The notes: generated from the letters alone by a model not told the origin. Counted from the first letter of the stretch, positions 37,401-50,515 are shown. The stretch is 64,000 nt of DNA from Camelus dromedarius (GCF_036321535.1 NC_087437.1:16122001-16186000); one strand, 5' to 3'. Made by a program: numbers and translations.

Positions 37401-37539
37401 CTTCCCCTCCAGAACTCCGTCCTCCGGCCGTCCTGCACCCCTGCCAGTCACCCCCGGCATCGGACCAGCTCCTCTCTGCCCAGACTTCCCTCCTCCCCGC
37501 ACTCTGCCCGATTAACTAGTTTGCACATCTGCTGCGTGG

Positions 37540-37735
37540 ACCCTATGCCAGGCCCTGCCCCAAGCACTCTGTGGATAGTAACCCACTTATCCTCACGAAA
37601 ACCTGACTATGTAGATGCGATCATTACCCCCATTTTGCCAATGAGAAACAGAGGGACAGAGAGGTTCGTTAACTTGCCGCAGGTCACACAGGTAGAAAAA
37701 GGCAGTAAAGTTATCTGTACTTGACCAAAGGCTCC
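37540..37735 (-). mobile_element. MIR SINE
   Basis: ctatgccaggccctg..atcctcac..attacccccattttgccaatgagaaacagagggacagagaggtt..aacttgccgcaggtcacacagg. Confidence 0.8.
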
Positions 37736-37769
37736 AGGAAACTTTCCCTCTGACTGGTCCCAGCCACCT

Positions 37770-38030
37770 TCCCTGACCCCTCCCTGTGTTAGGGAGATTC
37801 CTCTGATTCTTAGAACATCCTGTATCCCCCTTTGCCTCATCACTTTCCATCCTGTTAACAGTACGTTCTGAGTTTCTGTTTTCTTGTCTGCCTCCCCACG
37901 CACTGTGCAGATTGTGGGCAGGGCCCCTGGCTGGCTCAGCTCAGGGACACCAGCTCCTTACGAAGGACCTGGCACAAAGCAGTACTCATTTCCTATTTGT
38001 TGGTGGAGGTGAATGAATGGCTGAATGGAT
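37770..38030 (+). mobile_element. L2 3' end
   Basis: cttccctgaccc..tttcttgtctgcctcccca..acctggcacaaagcagtactca..tatttgttgg..tgaatgaatgg. Confidence 0.55.
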
Positions 38031-38341
38031 GGATATCAGTCCCCTAGGTAAACAAAACAGAGTAGAGTCTGGCAGACAAACTGAGGATCAAGCAGAGATC
38101 CAAGTTGGAAACTCCCAGATGGAGAAACAAACCCAAGAGCAGCATTTTAGAAAAGTGTGCCCACACGTGGCAAGAGCCGGCAGAGCCCCGCAGATCCCCT
38201 GCCCGTGGGCACGCGCTGCCCCGCTGCCCTAGTTCAGGAGCCGTGGGGGGAGGGGGTTACAGGGCGTGTGCCCAGTTTATTCTCACCCGCCTCCAACCAG
38301 GAACCCCACAACTGGGCTGACCAGGCTTCTCCTTCCTCCAG

Positions 38342-38491
38342 GGAGGCAAGATCCCCGTGAGATGGACGGCTCCAGAGGCTATCGCCTACCGCAAGTTCAC
38401 GTCTGCCAGCGACGTCTGGAGCTACGGGATTGTCATGTGGGAAGTCATGTCGTTTGGAGAGAGACCCTACTGGGATATGTCCAACCAAGAT
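38342..38491 (+). CDS. EPHB1: EPHB1 internal coding exon (exon 13), kinase subdomains VIII-IX
   Basis: Acceptor ccttcctccag|GGA and donor GAT|gtgagt; 150 nt, phase 0/0. Translates [50 protein letters not shown] and continues the previous exon across a 32,565-nt intron. Confidence 0.98.
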
Positions 38492-41400
38492 GTGAGTGTC
38501 AGCAGTGCCTGGCTGCCACACCCCTCCTTGGCGGGGGTGTGCCAAGCCTGCCTGCCTGTCGTCAGCTCAGGGTCTCAAAACCTGAATGGGAGGTATCTGG
38601 GGCAGGGGATGCAGGGACACCCTTGGCACCAATGTTTGAACTAATGAGGGAGCCCAGCAGGGAGATGTGATGGTCCCCACGACCTCAAAGTCTCTAAAGG
38701 TGCGCAGGCCAACCCAGGAGCCCATGGGTTGGTTCTGAATGGGTGTGTATTCTGAATAGATCAGGCCCTGAATTAATCATGGACTCCTAGCCTGCTTCAG
38801 ATCCCCAGCCTGCGTGCCCTCCATCACTACTTGTGATGGAGGGGAAGCAAGGCTGGTTGGAGGGCGGGACCTGGCTTCCAGGCCTGCTCTGGGCTGACGG
38901 ATGTGCTATGTTGAGCCAGCTGCACCTTCCTTCTGGGGCTTGCCTTTCCCAGCTTCAAAGAGAGGAATTAATTGTAAAAGGCCCATCTTTTCTGTGAATC
39001 TGCTCTTCTGGGAGCCTCTGTCACCTGTCAGTGACAGAGGTGCTGAGCAAACCTCCCAAGGCTGGTCAGATCCAGACGGGCCTCAGGAGGGGACCCTTCT
39101 GAGTGGAGGTCAACACCACCTCTCCAGGCTACCAGCAAGGGGTGAGGGGAAAGGAAAGAGAGGGGTCACCTGAGATGCTTTAAGCAGAGGCATTTTGGGG
39201 GTGTTCCAGCAGGGACCCTTGGCTCCATAATTACTAAAAGGTGGGAAGCCTTTTGAGGATGATTTGCTTTGATAAGATTTCAGTCAGAAGTCCTCCCTGG
39301 CTTTCCCCACCACCTTGGGCCCTGGGCCATCCCCTGGGACCACTCCCCCTGTTACATCCTGAATACACGCCCTCCCCTTGCAGCTGGGAGGACTGCAGTC
39401 TGCAAAGCCTGCACACCTCTTCCCATCACGTTGGAGAGCAGTTATTATCTTTCCCAGCTTCCCAGCAAGAAGAGGCAGGTCTGTCTCAGTCGAGATCAGG
39501 CAGCCAGCCACACCGTAAGCCCCGCATGCGGGGATAGGCTCTGAGGCACCAGTACACTGGAGAAGTCTGTCCCCAGGTGGCCCTCTATCCAGCCAGAGGT
39601 TTCAGGCCATGGCCGATTCTCAGAAAGCTAAGAAAGGTGGCAACTCGGGGGCCCAGAAAACACATTCCAAGGAGGAGCGAGGTACTGCCCCTTGCTCCCG
39701 TGGGTAGAGTGGCTTCAGCCCAGAGCAGGTGAAATGGCTGCATCCTTAACCAGGTCCTGATCCGACCACGTGTGGTGTCTGGATCCTCTATTATCTCCAA
39801 TTATCCATGCTTTGCCTCTGCTCCCATAGCATGTCGAATCGGTAAGTGTTGGAATTGATGCCAAGGCTGCTTTCACGAAATCAAGTGCACTCTGGTTCCG
39901 TCCAGACTGTCAGCTAGAGGAGTAATAAATGTGAGTCAGAAAAAGCCGGCCCGTTTCGTCCTGCCCAGAGACTGTAATCCGATTAAGAGCAATTCGGCAC
40001 ACCGAGAATGGCTTAGGAAACTGTCTGACAGGCAAGATTTGACATTCAAGATATTCTCAGCAAATGCATTCACCTCTGTGGAAGACAAATGGCGTTTCTG
40101 ATATTAGACTTTCAGAATTCCCAAATCATCCATTCAGCAAACACTCAGTGTATGCTAACTGTGACTAAGCATTGTGCTTGCCGGCTCTATTCTTGGGGGG
40201 TTCACAGCCCAGTGGCACATACACAGGGTGGTGGGGACATTGCGGGGGGGAGGTGGGGATGGCTTCCAGATCTTTGATGCTTGAGCTGAGCCTCAGAGGG
40301 AATAAGAACATCTGTAGAGTAGCAGTTTATTCTAATTTTGTTGTGTTTCTCCAAAATAAAGCCCCTCAGCATTGTCTCAAGTACCATCCTGCTTTCTGTG
40401 GGCGGCGGAAGGTGACTTTTGCCCGTTCAGAGGGCATCTTCTGACCTGGCCTGGGAGACAGGCAGGAGGGCTCCCAGCGGCTCAGGCTGCAGCCGGGCTC
40501 ATCAGAAACCACTGAGGTGGTGGCAGTAAAGGATGTTACAGATGACAATTGAAAGGCTTTAAGAAAGAGAATTGCAGTGGCAAGTCGGAGTGCTGGTAAT
40601 TGGGCTTCCGGAGCCCAGGAAAGTCTTTGAACATGTACAGAGAGTTTGTCAGCCAGAGAGAGAACTTGGAAGTTCTACTGCTTGGATCTGATTGACAGAG
40701 ATAATGAGAGTGGCAGTGTCTGTGGAGAGGAGCTGCAGTTGTATTGAAACATCAGAGCTCAACTTAACCCCCTCTGCCCTGGTTCCTCCACTGCTCTGAG
40801 TTCCTCCACTTCACTCTCTGCATGCAAGGTTGAGTGAGCCCGCCCACCGCCCAGCTCACTAATAGGAAGTGCAAGTCGGAGGACAGGGGACAGCCAGGAG
40901 CCCAGCTGGGGACAGGAGGGCAGGGGAGGGGCCCTACTCCTTTCCCAGAGGAGCTCCAGCTCTGAGGCACCCAGGTCAGACCACCTGCCCCTGGTCCCCA
41001 CCTAACCCCCATTCTTGCCATCTCGGGGTGCAAAATAGCAAAGGCAGCCCTCATCCCACCCCATCCCTGCCTCTTTCAGCCCCCGGGGCATTTGTTTACA
41101 CTGGCCCTCAGGTGGGTCCGAGGAGTTGCTGCTGACCATTCAGAGGAGGAAAAGCAGCTAGGTGTTCAGTGTAAGGCTCCCAGGCAGAAGAGTCCCCCGT
41201 GCCCGGGTCCCCAGCCTCTTGATGCTCTGCCAGGAGTGCTTGGGTCAGCTGGTGACACCACGGAGCTGTGCCCCCAACCAGGGCTCTGCCTCCAGTGCTC
41301 CTTCCTCTGATGGGCAGACGGGAATGAAATCTTGTCACGGGGGAACATCAGTATTTGGGGTTCTGGCCATCAAATCATTTGAGCAGAGATGCGGGCAGTT

Positions 41401-43604
41401 TGGGGGAACACGAGCTGCTCTGCATTGGCAGACTTTGGGGCCCCTAACCCCATGAGAAGCTGAATTGGGACACCAGCTCTTCCTGCTGGTCCCACCTAGC
41501 CTGTCCCTAGGGCACCCAGAAAGAATTCGTGGGGCCATTCAGTGGGTAATCCCACTTGTCTCCAGGGTGAGTGGGGACTGCGCCCGGGTCCCTCAATCTG
41601 GCTGTCTGGGAGGAGCTGAAAAGGGGTGCCAGTTTACAAGCCCGGCCTTTCCTACTCGTGGATTACTTGGCTTAGCTCCATCCGCCCATTCCCCCGCCCC
41701 CCATGAAGGCATCACAAGGCTGCGAGGGCTGTTCTCCAGGCTGCGAGCAATGTAGCGTCCCCACCGAGGCCTAGGGGCAGTGGGCTTCGAGGTAGTCCTA
41801 ACTTACACTCAGATGTCCCCGGATTTATTCCCAGCCCTATCACTCACCAGCTGCCTGCCTTTGGGCACCTCCCTGCCTGGGCCTCCATCCCCTTGAGGGG
41901 AAAAACGGGCTAAAGTACCCTCCTATGAGGTTAGCCGGTAACTTGATTGACAGCAGCCTGGCTGAGATAAACATTTGTTGGCGGTGAGATATATTATTCA
42001 AAAGTGAACGTTTCCAGTCGCTGGTTGTTTGTAAAGTGATAATATTGGTATGGTCTGTATGCTTGTTTGTTTTTCTGGCACACTGAAGAGAAGGAATAAT
42101 ACAATATACCTTGATTATCTCTAATGACTTCAGGTTATTATATTATCTCGTGCTCCACCTCATGCCCTGTATACTATGCATAGAATTTGTAAAAATATAA
42201 ACTGATTGAGAATATTCACTTTCTGATTCATTTACAAAGTATATTTAAAAAAAAAGAAAATGAAAAAGAAGAAGAAATAATCAGTTGAAATGAATCTGAC
42301 ATTTTTAAAAGTAGAGGCAAAAACACCTGAAAATCCCTGAACTCCAAATTATGTCCTATGTTGTTAAAGGCCCTTTCACTGTTTAATGTAAAATCAATGC
42401 CTAATTATTACAGAAAATAAACATACAAACAAACAGAAAGAAAAACACAAAGGGCATGCATGTTTCTACCTGCTCAGAGGCAATCACCGTTAGCTCCATG
42501 GTAGATATCCTTTCAAGGTCTTTTCTATGTATGTGTGTAATTTTGGTTTTTGTTTTGTTTTGATTTTTGTTTTTGTTTTTCTTTTACAAAAGCAAAATTA
42601 TACCATATTTTCACTTATGCAGCCTGCTCTTTTGCCTAATATTACAATGGGAGCATATTTCCATTTCAATAGGTATATTTTTGCAACATCTTAAGGTCTG
42701 CGTTGTATTCCAGGCCTTCCATTGTGTTATGAGTGTTCCATAATAAATTTATATGCTTAGTACTGGGTCATTTACAATTATTTTTGCTATTACAAAAAGC
42801 ACAGAGCAAGCATAATTGATTTAAATGAATTGGAAATTAAGAAGTAAGGGGTGAAGACCACTTACAAGAATCTAAAAAACAGAAAAAGTACTTAAATCTT
42901 TACAGAATTATTCCCTGGAGTCTGCGAAAATTAACGAAACCTGATTGGGGATATTCATGTTGGATCACCTTGTTATTTTGACCATTGTCATTGTACTGAA
43001 ACCAATTTGTTTAACTAAATTATCTTCCACCCAGTTCTTGTTGCTGCCTCATGAAGATGAAGGTAAATAATGCCTAAGAAGCATCTCGAGGGTCCCTGGC
43101 ATGGAGCAGGTTGTCTATCGAATGATGGTCCCTTCCCTCCCTTTCTCTTTCTGTAGCAGTGAAAGGATGAGGCCGCCATGGGCTTTGAGGTGTGACCTTT
43201 GTATTAGTGGGTTCACTAAGTTTCCCATGTGCCACTGTTTCATCTTCCCTGGTGCCACCAGCTGCCAGGAAGGCAAAATTGGGCCTGATGTCGTCTCAAA
43301 AGAGGAAGCTCAAGCCATTCACCGGCTCATCCTTCAGTAAACATCTACAGAGATCTTGTGTGTGTCAGGCCCTGTGCCAGGTGCCAGAGACACAAAGGGA
43401 CAATAAGACATGGGCCCTGCTTTTTGGGATCCCACAGTCTAGAGGGAAAAGCCAAGTGTACATAAAATCTGTTACAGTGAAAGGTACTGGTGAACAGAAT
43501 GAGGGCATCCTGGTCAAGGAGTCTCCGTCCTCAGAGGCTAATTCGTGAATGACTGGCTGGTGGCTCGTCACCAATCATACCTGTTCCCATGGATGTCACT
43601 GCAG

Positions 43605-43798
43605 GTCATCAATGCCATCGAGCAGGACTACCGGCTGCCCCCACCCATGGACTGCCCAGCTGCTCTACACCAGCTCATGCTGGACTGTTGGCAGAAGGAC
43701 CGTAATAGCCGGCCCCGCTTTGCAGAGATTGTCAACACCCTGGACAAGATGATCCGGAACCCGGCAAGTCTCAAGACTGTGGCAACCATCACCGCCGT
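43605..43798 (+). CDS. EPHB1: EPHB1 internal coding exon (exon 14), kinase C-terminus
   Basis: Acceptor cactgcag|GTC and donor GT|gtgagt; 194 nt. Translates [64 protein letters not shown](V). Confidence 0.98.
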
Positions 43799-44319
43799 GT
43801 GAGTCTAGTGGAACAGGAGGGTTCCTAGGTGGAGGGGGTTCCTAGGGTCTCCTAGTCTGGGAAAAACCCACAGCCAGTCTGCTAGCTTTCGGTCTACTGA
43901 GAGCAAGGGGGAGGCAGCTAAGCTTAACCACTCTTGGAAGAAGTTCCAGGATTCTTCTATCTCCCTAAAATATTCCCTGCCTCCAGCATGGGCTGCAGAC
44001 AGATGATAAGATCCCTGTCTGGGTCTCTCCCTTCCATTGACTTCTGATGGGCGAGGCACCAGGCGCCTCTGATCTGACTGGTATGAGGCCACTTCTAGGC
44101 AATCCCGTTCCCAGAAGGCACCCTTTCTGCTAACCTCACCAGTCCACGAGGCAGGTGGAACAGCAGACTCGGAACTTTGGCCAACCTGATTGCTGGGGGA
44201 CAGAGAAATTCAAAGCAACTAGATTTGTTATGACCAAATGCACAGAGTTCTCAGTTACTGTCATCGACTGTCAGCTGTGGGTCACTCACCTACATGTGCA
44301 ATGTTAACTCACTTATTAA

Positions 44320-45140
44320 CTCATTCTGACCGAAGTTTGCTGGGTACTTGGATGCTAAGCATGGTACTCTTGCTGGCCGCATAGGATGGAAAAGATAGAC
44401 ACGCCCTCGTGGAGCTTAGAATCATTTAGGAGCAGCAGACCTTAATCAGATGGTCACCTGAAGAAATGCAAACCGAGACTTCAGTGGCCAGCGTGGCAGA
44501 GGGGAGCATGGTGCTTGGAGAGCATACAGCTCAGTCAGGCTGGGGTCAGAGAGGTGTCCCTGATGCCTGTTATCTCAGTTGAGAGCTGAAGGGTGAGGAG
44601 GCATTAACCGAATGAAAGGAAGATGGAGGTAGAGGATCAGGGTTCCAGGCCAAGGGCACAGCATGAGCAGAGGCCCGAGGCTGGAAGGACAGGGCCAGTG
44701 TGTTGGGAATGCAGTTTGTAAGGGGACAGGGTGGAGGCTGAGGCTGGCAAGGTGAGCAGGGACCAGCCGCTTAGAGCCTTTAGGCTCTGCTAGGACTCCT
44801 GGGCTTGATTTTCAGAGCAGTGATCACCCATCGGAAGGGCTGACATGAATCAGGGTCGGAGTGAGAGTTATTAACATGACCACATTTGTGTCTTTTAAAG
44901 AGTGCCAGGCTAGAGTGTGGAGCTGGTGTTGAGGGCAGCGTGCAGAGGCAGAGCATCTCAGTAACTGTGGTAAAGAAGACAGCATCTCAGACTGGGCAAA
45001 TGGTGTGGGAAGAAGTGAATGGGTTTGAGAGATTTTGGAGGTCAAATCTTGGTGATGTGGCGAAGAATTGGGTGTGGGTGCTGAAGGTGAGGGAGCTGTG
45101 AGGATGGCACCCTGATTTCTGGACTGGGGACCTGAGGGTC
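44320..45140 (-). mobile_element. L2 LINE fragment
   Basis: gccctcgtggagcttagaatc..gttgagagctgaagggtgaggaggcattaacc..gttccaggccaagggcacagcatgagcagaggccc..gggtttgagagattttggaggt. Confidence 0.75.
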
Positions 45141-45608
45141 TGCTTTGAGTACAGAAGAGGTCAGTGGGGGGCTGCTCTGTCCCACTTCTTTCAGTTAGCT
45201 GAGGATGGAACCGGAAGAAAAATGTTACCAGGAGATCTGAGGAGGTTGCATTGAACTTTATATGTATTTTTAAAGGACTCTATCTTCAGATAATGAAGCT
45301 CTTAGATTTCAGTTTACACCAGAGTCGTGGTCCTTCTCCTCCCTTCAGACTGCACGCTGGGTCAGTCTGCCCTTCTGGACTGACCAGCATGGGACAGAGC
45401 CCAGAGGTAGGCGGACTGGCCACCTGGCCTTAAGAAGCCATGCCAACTTGGGATTCTGTCGAGAAGGAAGGGTCAGCCCAGGTTTCCCCTCTAATCCTCA
45501 TCCCACCAAGAATGCTGAACCCCGTTGAAGTCTGCCGTCTGCTCAGAGTGTGACTCTGCCCATGCACCCCTGCAGCAGTGGGGTGACCTTCTCCCCTCCG
45601 TCTTGCAG

Positions 45609-45764
45609 GCCTTCCCAGCCCCTGCTTGACCGCTCCATCCCAGACTTCACGGCCTTTACCACCGTGGATGACTGGCTCAGTGCCATCAAAATGGTCCAGT
45701 ACAGGGACAGCTTCCTCACTGCCGGCTTCACCTCCCTCCAGCTGGTCACCCAGATGACATCAGA
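45609..45764 (+). CDS. EPHB1: EPHB1 internal coding exon (exon 15), linker and first part of the SAM domain
   Basis: Acceptor tcttgcag|G and donor GA|gtaagt; 156 nt, phase matches both neighbours. Translates [51 protein letters not shown](E). Confidence 0.98.
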
Positions 45765-46699
45765 GTAAGTGATGCGAATCGCCTCTGTCCCGCCCATGGC
45801 TGGGGTCACGGCTCCCTCCCTGCTATCACGCATGTGCAAGTCCTGCCTTCTGGCCTCATCCCTAGATCCCCACTTCTGTATCGAACCAGGCCTGGTGGGA
45901 AAGATGGAGGGGTGGGCTGGGGAGGCTGAGATCCACTCAGGGCCCCAAATGAGAATTCTTCAAAGTCACAGCCATATGTCGTTTGCCTAATCACTGAGAG
46001 TCTCTCCTCCGTTTAAGTTTTTAAACTCAGCCCATCAAAGAGAGCATCCAGATGGAAAGAACACAGCCAGCCAGCACTTTAAACAACACCGCGGGAAGGG
46101 GCATTGCACTGAGTCAGCAGCAGTCCCCGATGCACGGGATCCGAACTTAGATGGCACTTGTAAATAAGCATACGTTTCCATCCCCCACAAATTATTTTCC
46201 AATCCGCAGCCCCCACAGGAGCACCGAGGAATACAAAAACTAAAATTATTCAGATAAGATGGGAGCCAGAAAGGGTCTTAAAGATCCATGTTGTACATCA
46301 TTTTCCGAAAATGTTCTGAGCAGCCCCAGTTTGGGGAAATGTTAATAGGTTCTCCTTGGGAAGACGAGTCCCATGGTCAAATAAATTAGGGAAATACTGA
46401 GCCTTTTATCTTTCTCCTGGAGATTCACTCATATATTAGCATGGAAAAGGCCATGAGGAATCCTGAAATAGAGAAAGCCTTGTAAAATTATTAAATACCA
46501 TGGAACTATATTTTGGAAGAGCAGAATTTTGTGGAACCATAGTTTGGGAATTCTGTCTAGTTATCCCCCTGCCATTCAGTGATTTAGAAAGTAGGTGACA
46601 TTAGTGTCTAAAGATTCAGCTCTCAGGAGCAACATAGCAGGGACTGAAGCCTGCTTTCCTGGTGGCCAGGTCCACATCCTCCCACCCATCCACCCAGGG

Positions 46700-46876
46700 C
46701 CACCCGGGGCCTGTACTTTGCTGCACACTGGAGTCACCTGGGAGTCTTTTAAACTATTGATGCCTGATTCCCACACACCGATTTTCTGATTCATTTGGCG
46801 TGTGGTAAGACCTGGGCATCGCATGTTTAAAACTCTCCAGGTGGTTCTAATGTGCAGTAAAGTTTGGGAACCACTG
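46700..46876. mobile_element. MER5A-like MITE
   Basis: gctgcacactggagtcacctggggag..ttctgattcatttgg..ctccaggtggttctaatgtgcag..agtttgggaaccactg. Confidence 0.75.
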
Positions 46877-48029
46877 GACTAGGGCTGGCAAGAGTCAAAT
46901 TTTGAATACACACACATAGTCACGCACGTGCATAGCAGCGGGGACCTCACCAGCCGCCCGGCTGCAGCGGGCACTGACGGCCCTGAGGTTGGTGGCCCGT
47001 GACACACATTTCCCTCGGTAGAGGATTGGTCAGTCCACCAGGCAGGTGACAGACTGATCACCTGTTCCGGGTCATACACCTGGGATTCGCTCCTGGGCAG
47101 GCCAGTTGCTAAGACCCAGGGGAGACAGGTGGTCCTCCACCCGCTGCAGTTGAGTCCGAGGGGGACAGCTTCTTGACTCTTGGCCTTCTGTCCCAGACTC
47201 CTGCTCTGCAGTGCGTCTTCCTAGAGGCCAGCTTTACCTCTCTCGGGTTTATTCCTGCTAGGAATGATGAAACCTCCACTTCCAGGGAGATGGCTTGAAT
47301 ATGCCTAAAAAACTGTCCTCGCTGTTATGAACTATTGTCAGGCACCAAAAAATAAAAACTAAGCCCTTACCAGTAGAAAACCAACTTCCCCATCTTGCAG
47401 AGCTAGAATAGATGCCAGGGTGCAGGGACCAAGCAGGTACCCGTGAAGGCAGGGCTACGCCTGCTTTCCCACTGTCGATGGCTCAGTGTGGGGACTGTTG
47501 TCACCTGATCCCCCATGAACTGAAGGAATCAGATTGGGTAATTCCCTCAGTCCGGGAAGAGCCACATGAAACAGAACAAGGGGCAGAATAAAAGGAAGGT
47601 GAAACTGAAAATGAAGGGATTTAGTTCAAAGTGAAAAAAAATCTTCACAAACTATTGGAGCAATTTCGTTTGATTCTTGAGAGACGAACGATGGGGGAAA
47701 AAATACGTATAACTAAATAAAATAGATAGCGGCCAGTTTGTGAATTTGAAATCCAAGCATACTTCTCAAAAGTGTTTGCCGAAAAGACACGGGCAATTGG
47801 ACAGTCTAGACCAGCGGCAGCCCGCGGGGGCCTGACTGCCAGCTGAAAGGTGGAGGTCCAGAGGAGAGCCAGGCATTGAAGATCGGGATCTGCACAGCAT
47901 CCACCTCGTGGGTCTTATGCACAGTGTACAGAGTGATCGGCTGTGTGGGGACAGAGGAATCTGGAGGGAGTACAGTCAGAATGTTAGACTTCCCAGAGCT
48001 GCCCGGCAGAATGGCTGAGAGTCGGGCTG

Positions 48030-48260
48030 TCCTGAATTGGAATCCCAGCTCCAGCACCATATACCTGCTATGTGATCTTGAACATGTCACTCAACTTCTC
48101 TGAGCCATACATACTCGCCTTGTCTATAAATGTGCAAATAATAATAGTGCCCATCTCACTGTTTTGTGGGGAGAGGTAAATAGAGTAGTCCTTGCAGAAC
48201 ACTTGGTCTATTGTCTGCCTACAGGACACACGTGAGAAATGATTGCTGGTAAATGATCGT
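48030..48260 (+). mobile_element. MIR SINE
   Basis: gaatcccagctccagca..gctatgtgatcttgaacatgtcactcaacttctctgagcc..tctataaa..ataataatagtgcccatctcac. Confidence 0.75.
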
Positions 48261-49050
48261 CATTGACTGAGTGGTTTGGCAATTTGTACAAAATGCTTCT
48301 GTAGGTTAAAGGAGTTAGTATGTGGCACATAGGAACCACTCAAGTAACTGCTACCTTATTAACTAAAGAAAGATGCATGGGTCGATGCATGGGTTTCCCC
48401 AGAGTCAGGTATCAGCCATGGACTTGTTCATATGAAGAATCACAGCTCAAAGACGAATCCAGTCCAAATCCCTGTCCTAAACATATTCCTTGGATTCCTG
48501 CTTGGGCAGATATTTTAAAGTTATTTTGAGATCGCCCTTCTTAAAAATTCATGACATTAAAATTCAAACAGAGACAGAAAATGGGAACTCAGGGGAACAC
48601 ATCAGAAAACCAGGCAAGCCCCACATCTTTTCAATCACAGTGGGTGATCACTAATTTAGGCAGAAAACTCACAGAATTACTGAAGCCCCATAGAGTGTGT
48701 GCTTGTGGTGTTAAAAAAAAAAAATAGCAGAAGAACCTTCTGGTCCACCTAGGGTCATGGACACAGTGAAGGAGCAGCTCCAGAACCCACAGGGGAGGAG
48801 CAAGGCACAATGCTTCCAGGTTGTCTAAGCCGGAGGGGAGCTCGGAGATGAGACCACTGCATGGAGAAAGCGAGATTCAGTAAAAGCATCTCTCGTTAGA
48901 TGTTTGCCAGACTCGGGTAAACTTGGGTGCTTTGGATTTCAAACACACTCATTTGCCTACCCCACTACTATCAGGTGCTTGCATTCTGTGATGAGTTTTG
49001 ATCCGTGCAAAGCACTAAAATGCCTTCTTCTGTGGCTTTTTCCCTCCTAG

Positions 49051-49159
49051 AGACCTCCTGAGAATAGGGGTCACCTTGGCAGGTCATCAGAAGAAGATTC
49101 TGAACAGCATTCTATCTATGAGGGTCCAGATGAGTCAGTCACCAACGGCAATGGCATGA
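49051..49159 (+). CDS. EPHB1: EPHB1 last coding exon (exon 16), end of SAM domain and C-terminal tail; absent from the ORF track
   Basis: Acceptor ttttccctcctag|A. Reads (E)[35 protein letters not shown], then TGA at 49157-49159. Has the Eph SAM motif [17 protein letters not shown]. Confidence 0.97.
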
Positions 49160-50515
49160 GAACTCTCATTTTCTGTGGGGAGGAGAGGAAGGAAAAGGAC
49201 CTGGCTCAAGGGGGAAGCCAGAGGTTGACCACCGTGGAATGTTCTGGAGAGATCAGCTTCTCAGCTGTGAAATGCATTCCCATCAACGAAGAATAAACTG
49301 GACCTATTCCCCATAGGCAACCTTCGTTTCTCAGTGACAGACGCACATTTAAGATGGGAAACCAAATAGATAATAAAAAAACTACAAGGTGATGGTCAAC
49401 AGAAGTGAAGACAAAACAGTACGCATCAGGGGACCAAGAGTGAACTCAGCTTCCACCCTCGGTGGGCTGACACCTCCATCTACAAGAAGAAAGGGAAGGA
49501 GGTAGAGGGGAAAAAACAGAAGCAATTGTCCATTTTCTTCCTCACCAATGACGTTCTTTTCTGTTCTCCTTCTGTACTCCTCCCCCAGAGTCCCCTCCCC
49601 TCTCCCATATCCATTTCCCTTTGCTCATGACTCGTGTAGGGAAGTTTCTTCCAACAAACCCCAGCTCCTGAGTCTCCAGATGTTCTGTCAGTTGCCAAAG
49701 GACTTTGCTGACCACTGCATGGGGGATCCAACCAATTCAATTAATGTCTTCATATTGAAGAAGAGATGTACCTTCAATTGAAAACCTTGTTTTTCTTTCG
49801 TTTGCATTTTCTGCAAAAAAGGAAAAAGAAACCACAAATTGGGGGAAAAAAAAAAAAAAGAGAAACCTGTTTCCGTGTGCAAGAGCACGCGTATGTATGT
49901 CTGCGTTATCAAATGACTGTGCTTGTTCGTAACAGATGCAAATAAGAAAGAACTGGGAGTTCTTTGCCCCTGGAAAAGCTAAAGGGGCCGGAGCACGTTG
50001 TTGGTCAGGTTTTCTGGTTGGCTCGATGGGCCTGTTGGCTCAATGGAGAGAGAAAGTAGGGAGAAAAAAATTTTTAAATAAAACAAAAGGGGAAAAAACC
50101 TCTGGTGAGCTTGCAAATTCAGACAGGAAACAGGTGAGTGGTTTGAATTGGATGCAGTGTGGGCCCTTCTAGAATGACACTGACTGCTTACTTATTGTTG
50201 GTAACATCTAAAGAGAAGGAGGAGGAAGGTGTTTCTGGAGAATGTTCTTCCACATCCCTGGAATCTGCAATTCAAGAGGAGGTGGCTGAGGGAGAGTCCT
50301 TCTTCCCTTATCTGTGGACTGGCTTCAGCTGTGTGGCATCCGAGGAATGTTTCAGATGTGTCTGTGTTTCTCTGCATTCCTTCCTGTACCTCATTGTTCG
50401 ATTCACTTTTGTAAATTCCACCTAACATTGAAATATTTTTAATTTCTCCTTTTACCTATAATCTCCTTGCTAATTTTATCTGTCTAATTAAAATGAGCAG
50501 AAGCATGTCTGGGTT
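49160..50515 (+). other. EPHB1: EPHB1 3' UTR (end approximate)
   Basis: Sequence after the stop codon with no recognisable repeat, running to an ATTAAA signal at 50487-50492 with U-rich upstream and GU-rich downstream context. Confidence 0.75.
50487..50492 (+). terminator. Probable distal polyadenylation signal (ATTAAA) of EPHB1
   Basis: ATTAAA preceded by a U-rich tract and followed by GU-rich gtgtcggagtgtgtgttcc at ~50527-50545. Confidence 0.65.
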
